Below are positions 12,600-25,429 of a stretch of DNA of 64,000 nt, piece by piece. The notes under the pieces are model-generated. The model did not search any database. It was given only the letters and a program-made list of their open reading frames with translations, and was not told the origin of the DNA. Every line of letters starts with the position of its first letter. The stretch's first letter is position 1. The DNA lies in NCBI GenBank assembly GCA_040437565.1, contig JBDOQK010000017.1:248001-312000 (forward strand), read 5' to 3'. The position numbers and the translations under genes were made by a program. The DNA is from Albugo candida. Its lineage: Eukaryota.

Positions 12600-13929
12600 C
12601 AGTAGCATACAAAAAGTATACGTTATTTTTCTAAAATCGACTCGACAAATATCCAGCCATATTACTTTGTTTTTTCGACATCAAACCATTTGTGAAATAT
12701 GAAGACACGTTGTTTAAGCACTGAGGAGAAAGCTACCATTGTCGGATTGCATCAGGTAGGCTTGAAACAGCGGGAAATCACTGCCCAAACAAGGCTCACC
12801 CAGTCAACCATCTCGACAGTGCAACAGAACTGTCGTAAAAGAGGTACGCTAGAGGGTACCAAGTCAAGAGGAAGACAACCAAAGCTCTCAGAAAGAGGCC
12901 GCAGGTCTATTGGGCGCACTCTGATGAAGAACCGCCCGGCACCACTAGCAGAAAATCGAGAACAATGCGATTACTCCGGCATCGCCAGGCATAATCCGTA
13001 GCGCCCTCCATGAAATGGGCTTCAAGAGACGCATTGCCACCAGGGCCTTTTTGGACGGATAAAACGAGGTGAAGAGACTGGAGTTTGCTCGGAAATACAA
13101 TAATTGGACAGCAGAGGACTGGAATGAGGTCATTTGAAACGACGACTCCACCTTTGAGATTAGCAAGATTCTCGTCAGATTGTTGTGTGGCGTCGCGTGG
13201 ATAAACAATTCAATTTTGAGTGTTTGAAGCCAACATTTAGGAATGGACGGTCCTCAGTAATGATCTGGGGTGCTTTTACTGGTGAGAGGATTCTACAGAT
13301 GGTCATCATGCCACCCCGACATCGCACTGCCATCGACCTTGTCAATCTGATCTAGGACGCTGCACTTGGACCATGAATGGACGACCACGATGACAAGAGA
13401 GACCTGATTCTTATGAAGGATGGTGCGCCAGTCCACCGTAGTAGTGCATCAAAGACCTGGTGAAATGCGGTCGCTTGCAAAGCTAGAATTGCCTGCCCAA
13501 AGTCCTGATCTCAAACCCATCGAAAACCTGTTGAAGAATCTTAAAGATGCCGGTCAGAACCGTGACGGGCCAAAAAGAAGTAGAAGAAATGGCTACCGTA
13601 CTTGGTGAGGAATAACGGAAGGTATCCCTCGAAATTCTTTGATGCCAAGTAGAGTCAATGCCAAGGAGAATTGCTGCTGTTCTTGCTGTCAAGGGTGGTT
13701 CAACTCGCTGGTGAACCCTCCATAATGACACGCACATTTTCGAAGAACACTGCAATTCCTAAATAGAAATACTGTAGCAACGACTTCTAATAGACTTCAT
13801 TGTCAGCCTTGAGCTTTTTGCTAGGATTATTGTGGCTCTTTGATCATCAAAACATTTATTCTTTTTCAAGATTGAAGCGATAATTTAATCGTCATATGAA
13901 AAATAACGTATACTTTTTGTATGCAACTG
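12600..13929 (+). mobile_element. Tc1/mariner DNA transposon, full length, with inactivated transposase (12699-~13713)
   Basis: 32-bp TIRs CAGTWGCATACAAAAAGTATACGTTATTTTTC at 12600-12631 and 13898-13929 (1 mismatch). TA on the right flank, TG on the left. HTH N-terminus with GRQPKLS, then VMIWGAF, DGAPVH, PAQSPDLKPIENL and KGGSTRW, broken by stops and frameshifts. Confidence 0.93.
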
Positions 13930-14220
13930 TACGTCCGGGTAAGGAAAGGATTATATGATAGCTCAGCAGGCTACTTTTTCGACGTCAACTATTCTGCGCT
14001 CAATTTGAAATCATTCAGTTCGATTTGCGTGTGCTTTTGTTCGAATGTGATCGTTCTTGCTAGACTATTTCAAAGTTCACGGTTTGTCATAACAGAAAAA
14101 TGTTCTTTTCTGTAAACTGAGTCCTATTATTTCACTGTTTACGGATCATTCATGACAAATGAACCTTATATTCTATAACGTTGGTCGTGTTGGTCCTTTT
14201 GCCGCACTTCTCCATGTTCG

Positions 14221-17200
14221 TGCATTGTGTAGTACTCTCCTGCAACGGAACTTTCTTTGCATGGGTGCATCCAAGGCTGCTGCAGCGAGCTCAAATTCCG
14301 ACAGATTTATTTGCGTCGATGATGCAGCTGTTTGATTCCTTTGGAGCGATCTATATGGATTCCCACGCACTTGCACAGATGCTGATCTCCAGCAAAATCG
14401 TTACTTGTGTGAAGAAGACTCAGTTGTATACGATTCCACTACAGCTTGTAACGCGCTGGACATATCTGCCGTATTTGGTGTACTGCCCCTATCCATGCGC
14501 GCTGGCTGATTCAACCACGAATGCTGATGGAAATCGGTCATTTCCCGTGATTGAATACTTACCTTGTAAGCTTGGATCAATCTCATTGTGACATCCGTTT
14601 ATAATATGGATAAACCTTGGTATATTTCTCTTGTAATCTCTCCATATTTCTACCGTTAAGGCCAATTTGCGTATCGCCGCGGCACATCGCCTTGTCAAAT
14701 CTTGTAATTTTTACGTGACAAGTGACGACATGATAGTCCACACACAACTTCTGTGGGGTTTGTTTAAACTCGTCACATGGAGAATGGGGTGAATTACTTA
14801 TGTTCGCTGCATACAGCAAAACACAATAAATGAAATGACTCATTACTATCCGATTGAGTGTGACCTTTTGTAGGTCATATGATTCCAACATCAAATGCGG
14901 TTGTCACAGCAGCGACAAGTAAGGAAATATTATGCGAGCACATTGCTCTTATAGTCAGCGATAATTTATGATTGACTGTGAAAAGTTGCTAGCAAGCTTT
15001 GTTTCGATGTGTGGATGGATATTATCTGCTGAATGACGATCGATCAGTTTCTATTTAATAGCATTTCTTCAACTATAGGTAATGGGAATTGTAACAGTAA
15101 AATGTATTGGTGTGTGTGTCTTACCTCAGGATATTCTTCGTGATCTAGGTTAATTTTTCTACATCGTCTTTTTGTTTTATTAAAAAAAACATATGAAGAG
15201 CCCAAACAATACACTCGAATATGAAGTTGGAAAACCGTTTGCATTATTGCCGAAACAGTAAAGGGTTATCAGTATCATCTGCATATAAATTTCTCCGCTT
15301 GATCAAATGACAAATGCGAAATTGAGAACGAGTAACGGTTCTTTAGATTAAGAGATGCGCACAAAAGCCTAGTTGGCATGGTAAAGTTGTATTTTTTTCT
15401 TCAGATTTCAAGCGTAGAAGCTAGCATGTGCTCTTATTACTTATTAAAAATATGCTTACATTTCGCATGTGTAAGTCGATGGATCCTATATCGTTGTCTT
15501 ACGTTAGTCACCATTAATTCGAAAGTTTCAGCTCAAAGATGTGGCTGTACAAACAGACAGCAGAATGAAGCAAATAAAATGCGTCTATTGTGTTCTTAAT
15601 ATGACCAATCGAATTCTACTCCGTCAGCAGATACAGTTTCCTAATCGAATACTGTGAGTCATTAGCTACTGCTAGTTCTACGAAAGCTTATGCGGAAATG
15701 CATGATCGAATATACGTTGTAATTTTTTCGTCAAGATACATCTTGCCCGGTATATTACGGAAGTGTGAGGTATAGAAAGAGGACAAGAGACTCGAGTTGA
15801 AAAGCTGCTTCAATGAATTTCGGATGAGCTTCGCAAAGTTCGTATGCTCAAAAGTATCTTCATGCAAACTCATTCAACGCGATGCACTTCATTTACTCGG
15901 TTCCCTGCACGAGAGCTCCCATATAAGTGCTAAATAACAGAGAACAATTTATGGGAACGTTAAGGCCCGTGCGGAGATGCTACACGCAGCTGATGTGAAC
16001 ATATGCGGGACCGTTATCGCATATTTCTACATTAACCCGAATTACCTCCAGGATTGAAATAACACTCTGAGATGTTGTGATGACATAAGCGCGCTTAAGA
16101 TGATCCTCAACCAAACGAACTGACTCTTCGTCTTGTCATATATGCAGAAAAGGACGCTATCGCTNNNNNNNNNNNNNNNNNNNNNNNNNNNNNNNNNNNN
16201 NNNNNNNNNNNNNNNNNNNNNNNNNNNNNNNNNNNNNNNNNNNNNNNNNNNNNNNNNNNNNNNNTGCATTGTGTAGTACTCTCCTGCAACGGAACTTTCT
16301 TTGCATGGGTGCATCCAAGGCTGCTGCAGCGAGCTCAAATTCCGACAGATTTATTTGCGTCGATGATGCAGCTGTTTGATTCCTTTGGAGCGATCTATAT
16401 GGATTCCCACGCACTTGCACAGATGCTGATCTCCAGCAAAATCGTTACTTGTGTGAAGAAGACTCAGTTGTATACGATTCCACTACAGCTTGTAACGCGC
16501 TGGACATATCTGCCGTATTTGGTGTACTGCCCCTATCCATGCGCGCTGGCTGATTCAACCACGAATGCTGATGGAAATCGGTCATTTCCCGTGATTGAAT
16601 ACTTACCTTGTAAGCTTGGATCAATCTCATTGTGACATCCGTTTATAATATGGATAAACCTTGGTATATTTCTCTTGTAATCTCTCCATATTTCTACCGT
16701 TAAGGCCAATTTGCGTATCGCCGCGGCACATCGCCTTGTCAAATCTTGTAATTTTTACGTGACAAGTGACGACATGATAGTCCACACACAACTTCTGTGG
16801 GGTTTGTTTAAACTCGTCACATGGAGAATGGGGTGAATTACTTATGTTCGCTGCATACAGCAAAACACAATAAATGAAATGACTCATTACTATCCGATTG
16901 AGTGTGACCTTTTGTAGGTCATATGATTCCAACATCAAATGCGGTTGTCACAGCAGCGACAAGTAAGGAAATATTATGCGAGCACATTGCTCTTATAGTC
17001 AGCGATAATTTATGATTGACTGTGAAAAGTTGCTAGCAAGCTTTGTTTCGATGTGTGGATGGATATTATCTGCTGAATGACGATCGATCAGTTTCTATTT
17101 AATAGCATTTCTTCAACTATAGGTAATGGGAATTGTAACAGTAAAATGTATTGGTGTGTGTGTCTTACCTCAGGATATTCTTCGTGATCTAGGTTAATTT

Positions 17201-18208
17201 TTCTACATCGTCTTTTTGTTTTATTAAAAAAAACATATGAAGAGCCCAAACAATACACTCGAATATGAAGTTGGAAAACCGTTTGCATTATTGCCGAAAC
17301 AGTAAAGGGTTATCAGTATCATCTGCATATAAATTTCTCCGCTTGATCAAATGACAAATGCGAAATTGAGAACGAGTAACGGTTCTTTAGATTAAGAGAT
17401 GCGCACAAAAGCCTAGTTGGCATGGTAAAGTTGTATTTTTTTCTTCAGATTTCAAGCGTAGAAGCTAGCATGTGCTCTTATTACTTATTAAAAATATGCT
17501 TACATTTCGCATGTGTAAGTCGATGGATCCTATATCGTTGTCTTACGTTAGTCACCATTAATTCGAAAGTTTCAGCTCAAAGATGTGGCTGTACAAACAG
17601 ACAGCAGAATGAAGCAAATAAAATGCGTCTATTGTGTTCTTAATATGACCAATCGAATTCTACTCCGTCAGCAGATACAGTTTCCTAATCGAATACTGTG
17701 AGTCATTAGCTACTGCTAGTTCTACGAAAGCTTATGCGGAAATGCATGATCGAATATACGTTGTAATTTTTTCGTCAAGATACATCTTGCCCGGTATATT
17801 ACGGAAGTGTGAGGTATAGAAAGAGGACAAGAGACTCGAGTTGAAAAGCTGCTTCAATGAATTTCGGATGAGCTTCGCAAAGTTCGTATGCTCAAAAGTA
17901 TCTTCATGCAAACTCATTCAACGCGATGCACTTCATTTACTCGGTTCCCTGCACGAGAGCTCCCATATAAGTGCTAAATAACAGAGAACAATTTATGGGA
18001 ACGTTAAGGCCCGTGCGGAGATGCTACACGCAGCTGATGTGAACATATGCGGGACCGTTATCGCATATTTCTACATTAACCCGAATTACCTCCAGGATTG
18101 AAATAACACTCTGAGATGTTGTGATGACATAAGCGCGCTTAAGATGATCCTCAACCAAACGAACTGACTCTTCGTCTTGTCATATATGCAGAAAAGGACG
18201 CTATCGCT
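14221..18208. other. Gap-flanking duplication 14221-16164 = 16265-18208
   Basis: Identical ORFs at offset 2044; both copies abut the 100-N gap. Confidence 0.85.
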
Positions 18209-18238
18209 TCAATTAGCTTCTTAGATCGCCATTCGTAG

Positions 18239-18583
18239 TGTGATAACTTTCTCAAGAACCGGTTAGCCGGGTTCTGACTCTTGAGTTCGTCAGTTCGTCG
18301 CATTAGAGCAAGATGCAGGAGTGTAGACAGGAAACGGATGCGATTTTAACGCTACGCGCTGCACAAACTGTCATGAACTCTCTACTTCTATCGAATAAAT
18401 CGAGATTAAAATCTTGCCGTAGGGCTTTTCTTTATTTCCATCACGTAATCGGAATCAACTTTTGTTACCTGGATGTACTTAAGCGAAGGGGATAACCGCT
18501 AACCTCTTCTGTATTGCAAAGACACGAGACAACTCTAGTATACACGATTGTTTTGACGGTAAGATCTTTGTTTTCACGTTACA
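18239..18583. mobile_element. Possible solo LTR
   Basis: TGTGAT...GTTACA termini and an internal AATAAA. Flanks CGTAG/CGGAA match at only 3 of 5 positions, and there is no second copy to confirm it. Confidence 0.25.
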
Positions 18584-19084
18584 CGGAACTGTTTATAATT
18601 TGATGTTATCTACCGCGGCTGGGTACTGTATATAGAGGCATTTAGCCATGGTTAATATTCACCGCTTGCGAAGCTGGTGGATCACAAATGCGAGTAACAG
18701 TCTTGGGAGCTATGTTTTAGAGATACTAAACAGGAGATAAGGAGTACTTTGCTCAGACGCAATTACTACTTTTACCTTTAGAAAAATAGTAAAGAAGAAT
18801 CAATATAGCATCCACAAATAGAAACTTACGGTCAGTATCTAACACCCGACATGAAAACATACAAAGACGGAGAAATACTTCGAGAAAAAAAGAGCGCGAA
18901 CACTCATCGATAGCTATTGAATCGGGGCATCGTGTTCCCAAACGCGTGTTTTTGCAGAGTCCCTATATAGCCAATCCTTCTCCAAGCCAAATTTTATACC
19001 TACGTCGTTTCACAACATGATATCTTTTGCCTTTCGCCTGCTGTACAGTACTTTACTCTAAGCAGCATATAGTGAGAGATAGTG

Positions 19085-19300
19085 GTCAAGGATTTCATAG
19101 CACTGTTTATCTGGTTCTTTAACTACCTTCCTTATCATATCATGAGCCCCTGACCGTTTGAAAATCACTTAAGTCTGACTTCAAACCTAGGGAGGCAGAT
19201 ATTTTCCAAGCTTATTGCTTGGGTGGGCTCAAACCGCTGCCCACACTGCCGGGGATCGAACTAACGACCTCCGGCAGGGGGTCCGTGTGCTCAAGTGCTT
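19085..19300 (-). mobile_element. tRNA-derived SINE copy (5' end lost in the gap)
   Basis: High similarity to 63555-63796, including the B-box hairpin and the CCTTGAC 3' end. Confidence 0.88.
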
Positions 19301-19400
19301 NNNNNNNNNNNNNNNNNNNNNNNNNNNNNNNNNNNNNNNNNNNNNNNNNNNNNNNNNNNNNNNNNNNNNNNNNNNNNNNNNNNNNNNNNNNNNNNNNNNN

Positions 19401-22265
19401 AGTACTCCAAGCGGTATGATATGGGAGTGGCTTGACATGCCCCAAGGGCTATCCAATGCTCTGGCTACGTTCGAAAGTCTAGTGAAGCAACTGTTCAGAC
19501 CTCATCAAGGCTACGCAAAAACATACTTTGATGACATTTTTGTCCATAGTCGTGCCATGAACGTTCGGTCTGACGTAGAAAATCACATTTACCATTTACG
19601 AACTGTGCTCGGGTACATGCGCGCGAACAAATTGTATTCCAACGCTTAGAAATGCATCTTTTGCGAAAGAGATTTCCTTCTTAGGGTACGTCATCGGGGC
19701 GAGGATTAAGGGCGGATCCCGTTAAGGTAGAAGCCATAGTCGAATGGCCGCTTCCTAAGAACCAAAAAGATTTGCGGAAGTGGCTTCGCCTCGCCGACTA
19801 TTTGCATAGGTAGAGCGAGAATTACGCTGATATAGCTCGACGATTGTCCGATCTCATCAAAAAAGATGTGGAATGGTTCTGGACTACCACACAGAACGAT
19901 GGTTTTGAAGCAGTTAAGAAGAATCTCCTTCAGGTCCCGGTGTTGGCTTTGCCAGACCCTGAGAGGCCATTCAGTGTCTTCTGTGAAGCATCTGACTTTG
20001 TCATCGGTTGTGCTCTACTTCAAGTAGATACCGATGGTCATGACTCGCTGTCGCTTATGAATCACGCCAGCTCAAGGCTGCAGAGAAGAACTACCCGATT
20101 CATGACAAAGAGTTACAGGCTATGAATATGCTATAGTCGAATTCAGAGTTCATCTGCTAGGTTCTAAGACTTTTGAAATTGATACCGGTCATGCTTCATT
20201 ACGCACTGCGACTCAGTCGCCTCATCTCTCATGGAATAGCTCGTTGGCTTTCATTCTTTGTCGAATACAACTTGAAGGTGAATTATAAGCTGGGCAAGCA
20301 AAACGCATTGAGTGATGCGTTGCCTGGAAGGCCTGATTATGAGCTTTATCATGTTACGACACTGTCGTCTCCAATCACTGACTTAATCCGTGGGGCTTGA
20401 GCCAAGGATTATCAGTGTGTAGCATTGCTACGTGCGCTTGGAAGCGGGGAGTTTACAGACTCAGACATGAAATTGTCGGCACGCTTACGTGCCAGGCTAC
20501 ATCGATATTCCATCGATCAAGCCTGCTGTGCTACTGCAAGGATATTCCTCGCATCGTTGTCCCACATGTTGAGAAGGTAAAGTATCGAATCCTCTATGAG
20601 GCACATGATACTGCGTTGAGTGGTCATCTAAGTCGTGAGAAGATCTGTAGCTCAGTGAGCTAACACTATTGGTGGCCCAAACTCTGTAAATGGGTAAGCA
20701 CATACGTACGTGCGTGTGGAAAGTGTCAACGGGTAAACCCTTAGCGCATGCGGCTGCGCCGCTAGCTAGTTTACCAGTACCCACAAGCTGTTAGGAGTCC
20801 ACTAGTATAGATTTTGTGTTTGGCCTACCGAAAGATTCGGAAGGCAACACGGGTATGGTGGTATTTGTTGACCGTTTGAGCAAGATAGTTCTTTTCGCGG
20901 CTGTGCCGGACTCCATCGATGGTTAAGGCACAGCTACGCTGTTTATCGATCGAGTGTTCCATCAACACGGTTTGCCTGTGGCAATTATCTCTGATGGAGA
21001 TCCTCGCTTAACTGGAAGTTTTGTGGAAGTCTATTGTCAAAGTGCTTGGCACCCGATTGTACATGTCCACAGCGAAGCATCCACAGATCGATGGTCAAAC
21101 TGTGCGACTTAATTTTGTTATCTGTGATATCTTACGCAGCATTTTCGCTGATACACCTAAGCGTTGGAGCTCCATACTCCCTGAGGTTGAGTTTGCGTTA
21201 AAGAACTCTGTTCATGCCTCTACCGGCTATACTACGCTCTAAATGCGCAGGTCTGAACATGCTCCAACGCCTGAAGAAGAGTCAGTACCGCGTCAAGAGT
21301 ACGCTGTGCGTGACCCAAAGTCTCGCGGAGAAGCGTCACTTCGGGAATCAGCTTCTTGTGGTCCTCCACCGATACACCGACCTCCACCGGCGTTGCTTGA
21401 CGAGAAAGGGAACTTACAGCTCTATGGTGAGGATATTCTCGCGCGACATCGTCGTTATGGACAAAACAAGCATCTGGTGTAGGAGCGAGGATATGCCGAG
21501 TCATAGAACTCATTGGAGTATGAGATAACCCTTCGGCATGATTGCCCATACGCCTTGGATGTTTTTGAACATCGCAGCCAGGCTCATCGTGCGACCAAAG
21601 GCGCTTCCCCAGTAGTGGTATGGGGTTGCGGGTTGCAGTTGAGAGGAAAGAGCCTTATGCTCATAGCATGGCGATGCCATGGTGTTTGATCATTTGTACA
21701 ACCGTGAGATTATGTGTACGCACCACGTCCTCTATCGAGGGAAATGATTCGATCGATGTTTGTGGTAAGGCCAGTCTGGTGGGTGAGAGTTTATCAGGGC
21801 TACACGTCGGTTACTAACCGTTCTTAAGTGTGGTACACATTTGGGACGCTTTGGTTTATGAAACAGATATCGGTTTGTGGGAGCTGACGCGTGTCAGCCA
21901 CCGGTCATTAGTGCTTAGATGAGTTACGGTTAGAGTAAGGTACTCCTCTATAAAAATAAATAAAGTTAGTTCCCCTTTTGATCTGTTGGAGACAAGTGCC
22001 TTGTTAAGGCGTCTTAGATCTTGTGCACTTTGTGTTGTCTATTCCCTGAATTATTGAGTTCCTTGAACAAGGACCTTAATTTCATTGAGCTTGTTGAATC
22101 GTTGAGTCGACTTCTCTTAACAACTAAATTGCTCATCGAGCAGATAGCCTTCCTCTGGCAAAAAGCTGTAGTAGATTCGCTACAGTTCAACTGGTAGGCT
22201 TCTACAAACTAATATCTAACGTAAATTTTCGCACCGACGATTACTAGCGGCAAAGCGTGATCACA
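19401..22265 (+). mobile_element. Degenerate Ty3/Gypsy chromovirus: RT-RNaseH-integrase-chromodomain plus putative 3' LTR (~21790-22265)
   Basis: WLDMPQGLSNA, YFDDIFVHS, PVLALPD...FCEASD, ARWLSFF...NALSDAL, HDTALSGH, STAKHPQIDGQT, and a chromodomain after PPPALLDEKG. Purine-rich tract GGTGGGTGAGAG precedes the LTR, which has TATA/AATAAA and ends ..CACA. Many stops. Confidence 0.92.
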
Positions 22266-25200
22266 ATATGCAGATGAAATATTACTCTCAATCTAACCTT
22301 GTGGGTTCCATCCCGTCTTATTCAACAGGATTTGTGAGTCTTCCCAGATAGTCGTTCTAACCGGCGGTAAATGACAGCTTAAACTTGGTATATCTCTTCA
22401 CAACAAATTCATCCTGCGTGTACTCTATAAGTATTTCATGAAACAGAAATAAATTCTCGCTTGGGCGAGCTCATTGAACCCAAGCTTAGCAATTTCCATC
22501 TCTCGTGCAAAGACACAAACGCGTACGAAAAGATAGATATAATTTGCACAATTCAAGTCTGCCACCAATATTAAACACAGAAATTAAGTGGTTGTGCATT
22601 TTACGCGATATTCATAGTAAAGGCAAACGTGTAAAATGATAACAAAGTCAAAATACAGTAGAGGGTATTTCGTTTACTGTTTAACTTGAGGTCCCATGTC
22701 GAATTTCTTTTAGTACTCAGTTGATCACCTAAGAGAATCGGTGCTTTTAAAAAGACGAGGTTGTCAGGAACTGAAATTTTATTTGCATTTTATAGCTTAT
22801 CTTACGTTATCTTTCATTGTATTTTATATCACGGATACTTTACGTCAAATACGTATGCGTGGGACTTCCCGATAATATAACGATAGCGCTTTGTTGTGTT
22901 TCTACTCGTAGGAGGCGTTCTAATTTAAAAGGGGTATGCCGCATAAAGTGAGTAACCCAATTTCATGCTACCAAATCCCAAATGGTATGCAAGAGAGGGT
23001 TTAAAACTGTGTAATGTTTGACATACAATGGTTTTGCACATCGCCTCCGACTTTTATACAACCTGTCGTTTCGATGTTGTCGACTTCCAGAGGCTACGCC
23101 CATACTGCATCCTCATAAGTAGTTGAATAGAAAGATATGTGCATGGACATCACTTATAGCCTGTGTGAAATGCTGAGCGTACATTTCTACTTTCATTTAT
23201 TACTTGTTATATCGGCCAGTATAAATGAAGTCAGTGTATTTCGATTCCCAGACACACCGGTTAGGACACCGGGAATCCTCATGCAGAAAAACGGTTTACT
23301 TGCAATACGAGTAATTGAAGCATTAACTTAAGCCGAAAAGATATTCTAAATTCATCTAATGGTTAGAGTCGGTACCTTGTACGGCTTACAGGAATTTTAG
23401 AGAGGAAACATGACCGTGCAAACAAGCAAGATCTATATCGTTCGTGAATACTGCCCATCCGCTCGATTGTTACAGAAATTTACTCTACAGTAAGCTCAAG
23501 CAAATTCTGCTTTGAAGCTTTCCAAGAGAGTAAAACTGAATATAAATGCTTCTCTATAACATAGATAAATGGACGGTAATGTTAAATAAAATGTATTTGC
23601 TCGTCTGAGGACTTTCTTGACTTTACAGCATTTACAAGCTGGAGACAGTCTCGCATTAAGGGTGCTGAGACTACTGCGATACGGGATTATCAGCGAGACG
23701 ACATATTATCATCTCTCACAGGTATTTCACGAAACGNNNNNNNNNNNNNNNNNNNNNNNNNNNNNNNNNNNNNNNNNNNNNNNNNNNNNNNNNNNNNNNN
23801 NNNNNNNNNNNNNNNNNNNNNNNNNNNNNNNNNNNNCAATTCTATCAAATTGATTGATGCTTCAATGGAAGTGTGATGATAGTGGCACCATAAGATGCTT
23901 TGAATGGCAACCAAGGTGAGCCATCGCTTTCTTCGTTACATATTTGACGCGATGAATATCAATTGTTTCTATACAACTGACGTTTTGTCACAATCAACTT
24001 GAATTTGAAAAACGTCTCTTGCTGCCTCAGTGGTGAAGTACGTTAATCGATTAAATAGACCAGAATAAATGTCGTGCCTTTTGGAGTGTCTTGTGTATCC
24101 GGCATTTGCCTTTCTCTACACAATCAATAATCAACCTGTTCGCTCTCAAATCAAGTTTAAGACAAGAAAACAAATGTTATTGCCTATCTACTTACGCAGT
24201 CGCATGTCATGTAGATCACGAATGATTGCGTTATCGAATCTTTTGAAAACACTAGATAGCAATCCAACAAGGACGACTTCCGTGAAAATTTAATTGGAGA
24301 TTCTAATGAGCTTTCTACTTCAACTCTTCATCGATCGTGATTTATCTGGCACATGTGCTTAAATGATGTGTTCTACGCGTCACTGAATGGCCCACAGGCA
24401 TTCTTACGAGATCGTTTTTGTCTTACTTGTTGCTGGAGCTGTGTGATCATTATGCATGATTAGAGCCGTCGAACCTCAAAGATGATAGCATCATCTAATT
24501 GTTGATTAATATGGCTTATATTATCCGCCAAGTTTTGAGATTCTTTTCAGGCATGGAAGTAAAAGGATTTAGATTCGACAGGTCAAGCTAGGCTTTAACT
24601 TGTTGCTTACGAATTGACCAACTTAATTGTTGCGACGATTGCAAAAAGCGGTTGCTATGGCAGATACAGTAGAACAGGATTTTGCAATTGCGTTACCATA
24701 CGTACTTTGACTTCACGCTCAAAAGTTTAAGCATCCGAATAATCTAATAGAATCTTGCAGCTGATGCTGCTACTTTTATGTACCATCCCAGGAGCCTACT
24801 ATCAAAAGCATTCTTTTCTAATCAAACTTACAAGGCCGCAGACGACGCCCAACTCCAGTGAGGCGGTACAGGGTGGTACCGTGCTGAATATGGATCTGTT
24901 GCTTCCTCGTCATAGGGTGATCCCAGGCAACTGCATGTGTGGACGATGCCAAATGGCTCACTTTGGTAGACCATTCAAGTGCAGGAGCCACTCAAAAGGT
25001 TACTATTAGAATTTTTATGATGAATCCTTACGTAAGAACAAGGCTGCAGCTACAGCGCATTATCGCGTGGAGATCCCGAAGCCGAAATCTTCGAATATTG
25101 CAGTAGTATCTGAATTTCTTACGCAGAATGACTGCATTGGTCAGCCGTGGTCGCCAGAATCAAGACCGTTCAGCCTTGCAAGCTTGGAATAGCAATTTCA

Positions 25201-25429
25201 AAAAGCGTCAGGTCGCCCCGCATTCACATTGGGAAATTACTAATATCGCTCCTCCGGGAACACGGCAACACGGTGTTTGAGGCTCTTCTGGATAGTCATC
25301 AGATTGAACTGGTGTCTCAACCCCAGGTAGAATGAGAGTCGGAAGGCACGTCTACGGAGCATGTGACCAAGTGGAGTGCCAGTCAGTCAACGTTGTAGAT
25401 GAATAGTATTTTTCAGGGACGATAACACC

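Noticed and set aside
18239..18583. 5' LTR of the Gypsy element at 19401-22265
   Set aside because: It shows no visible similarity to the putative 3' LTR, and is separated from the element by a SINE and a gap.
24550..24590. tmRNA-like 5' motif (GATTCGACAGG)
   Set aside because: Short match only, with no acceptor stem, tag frame or 3' T-arm.
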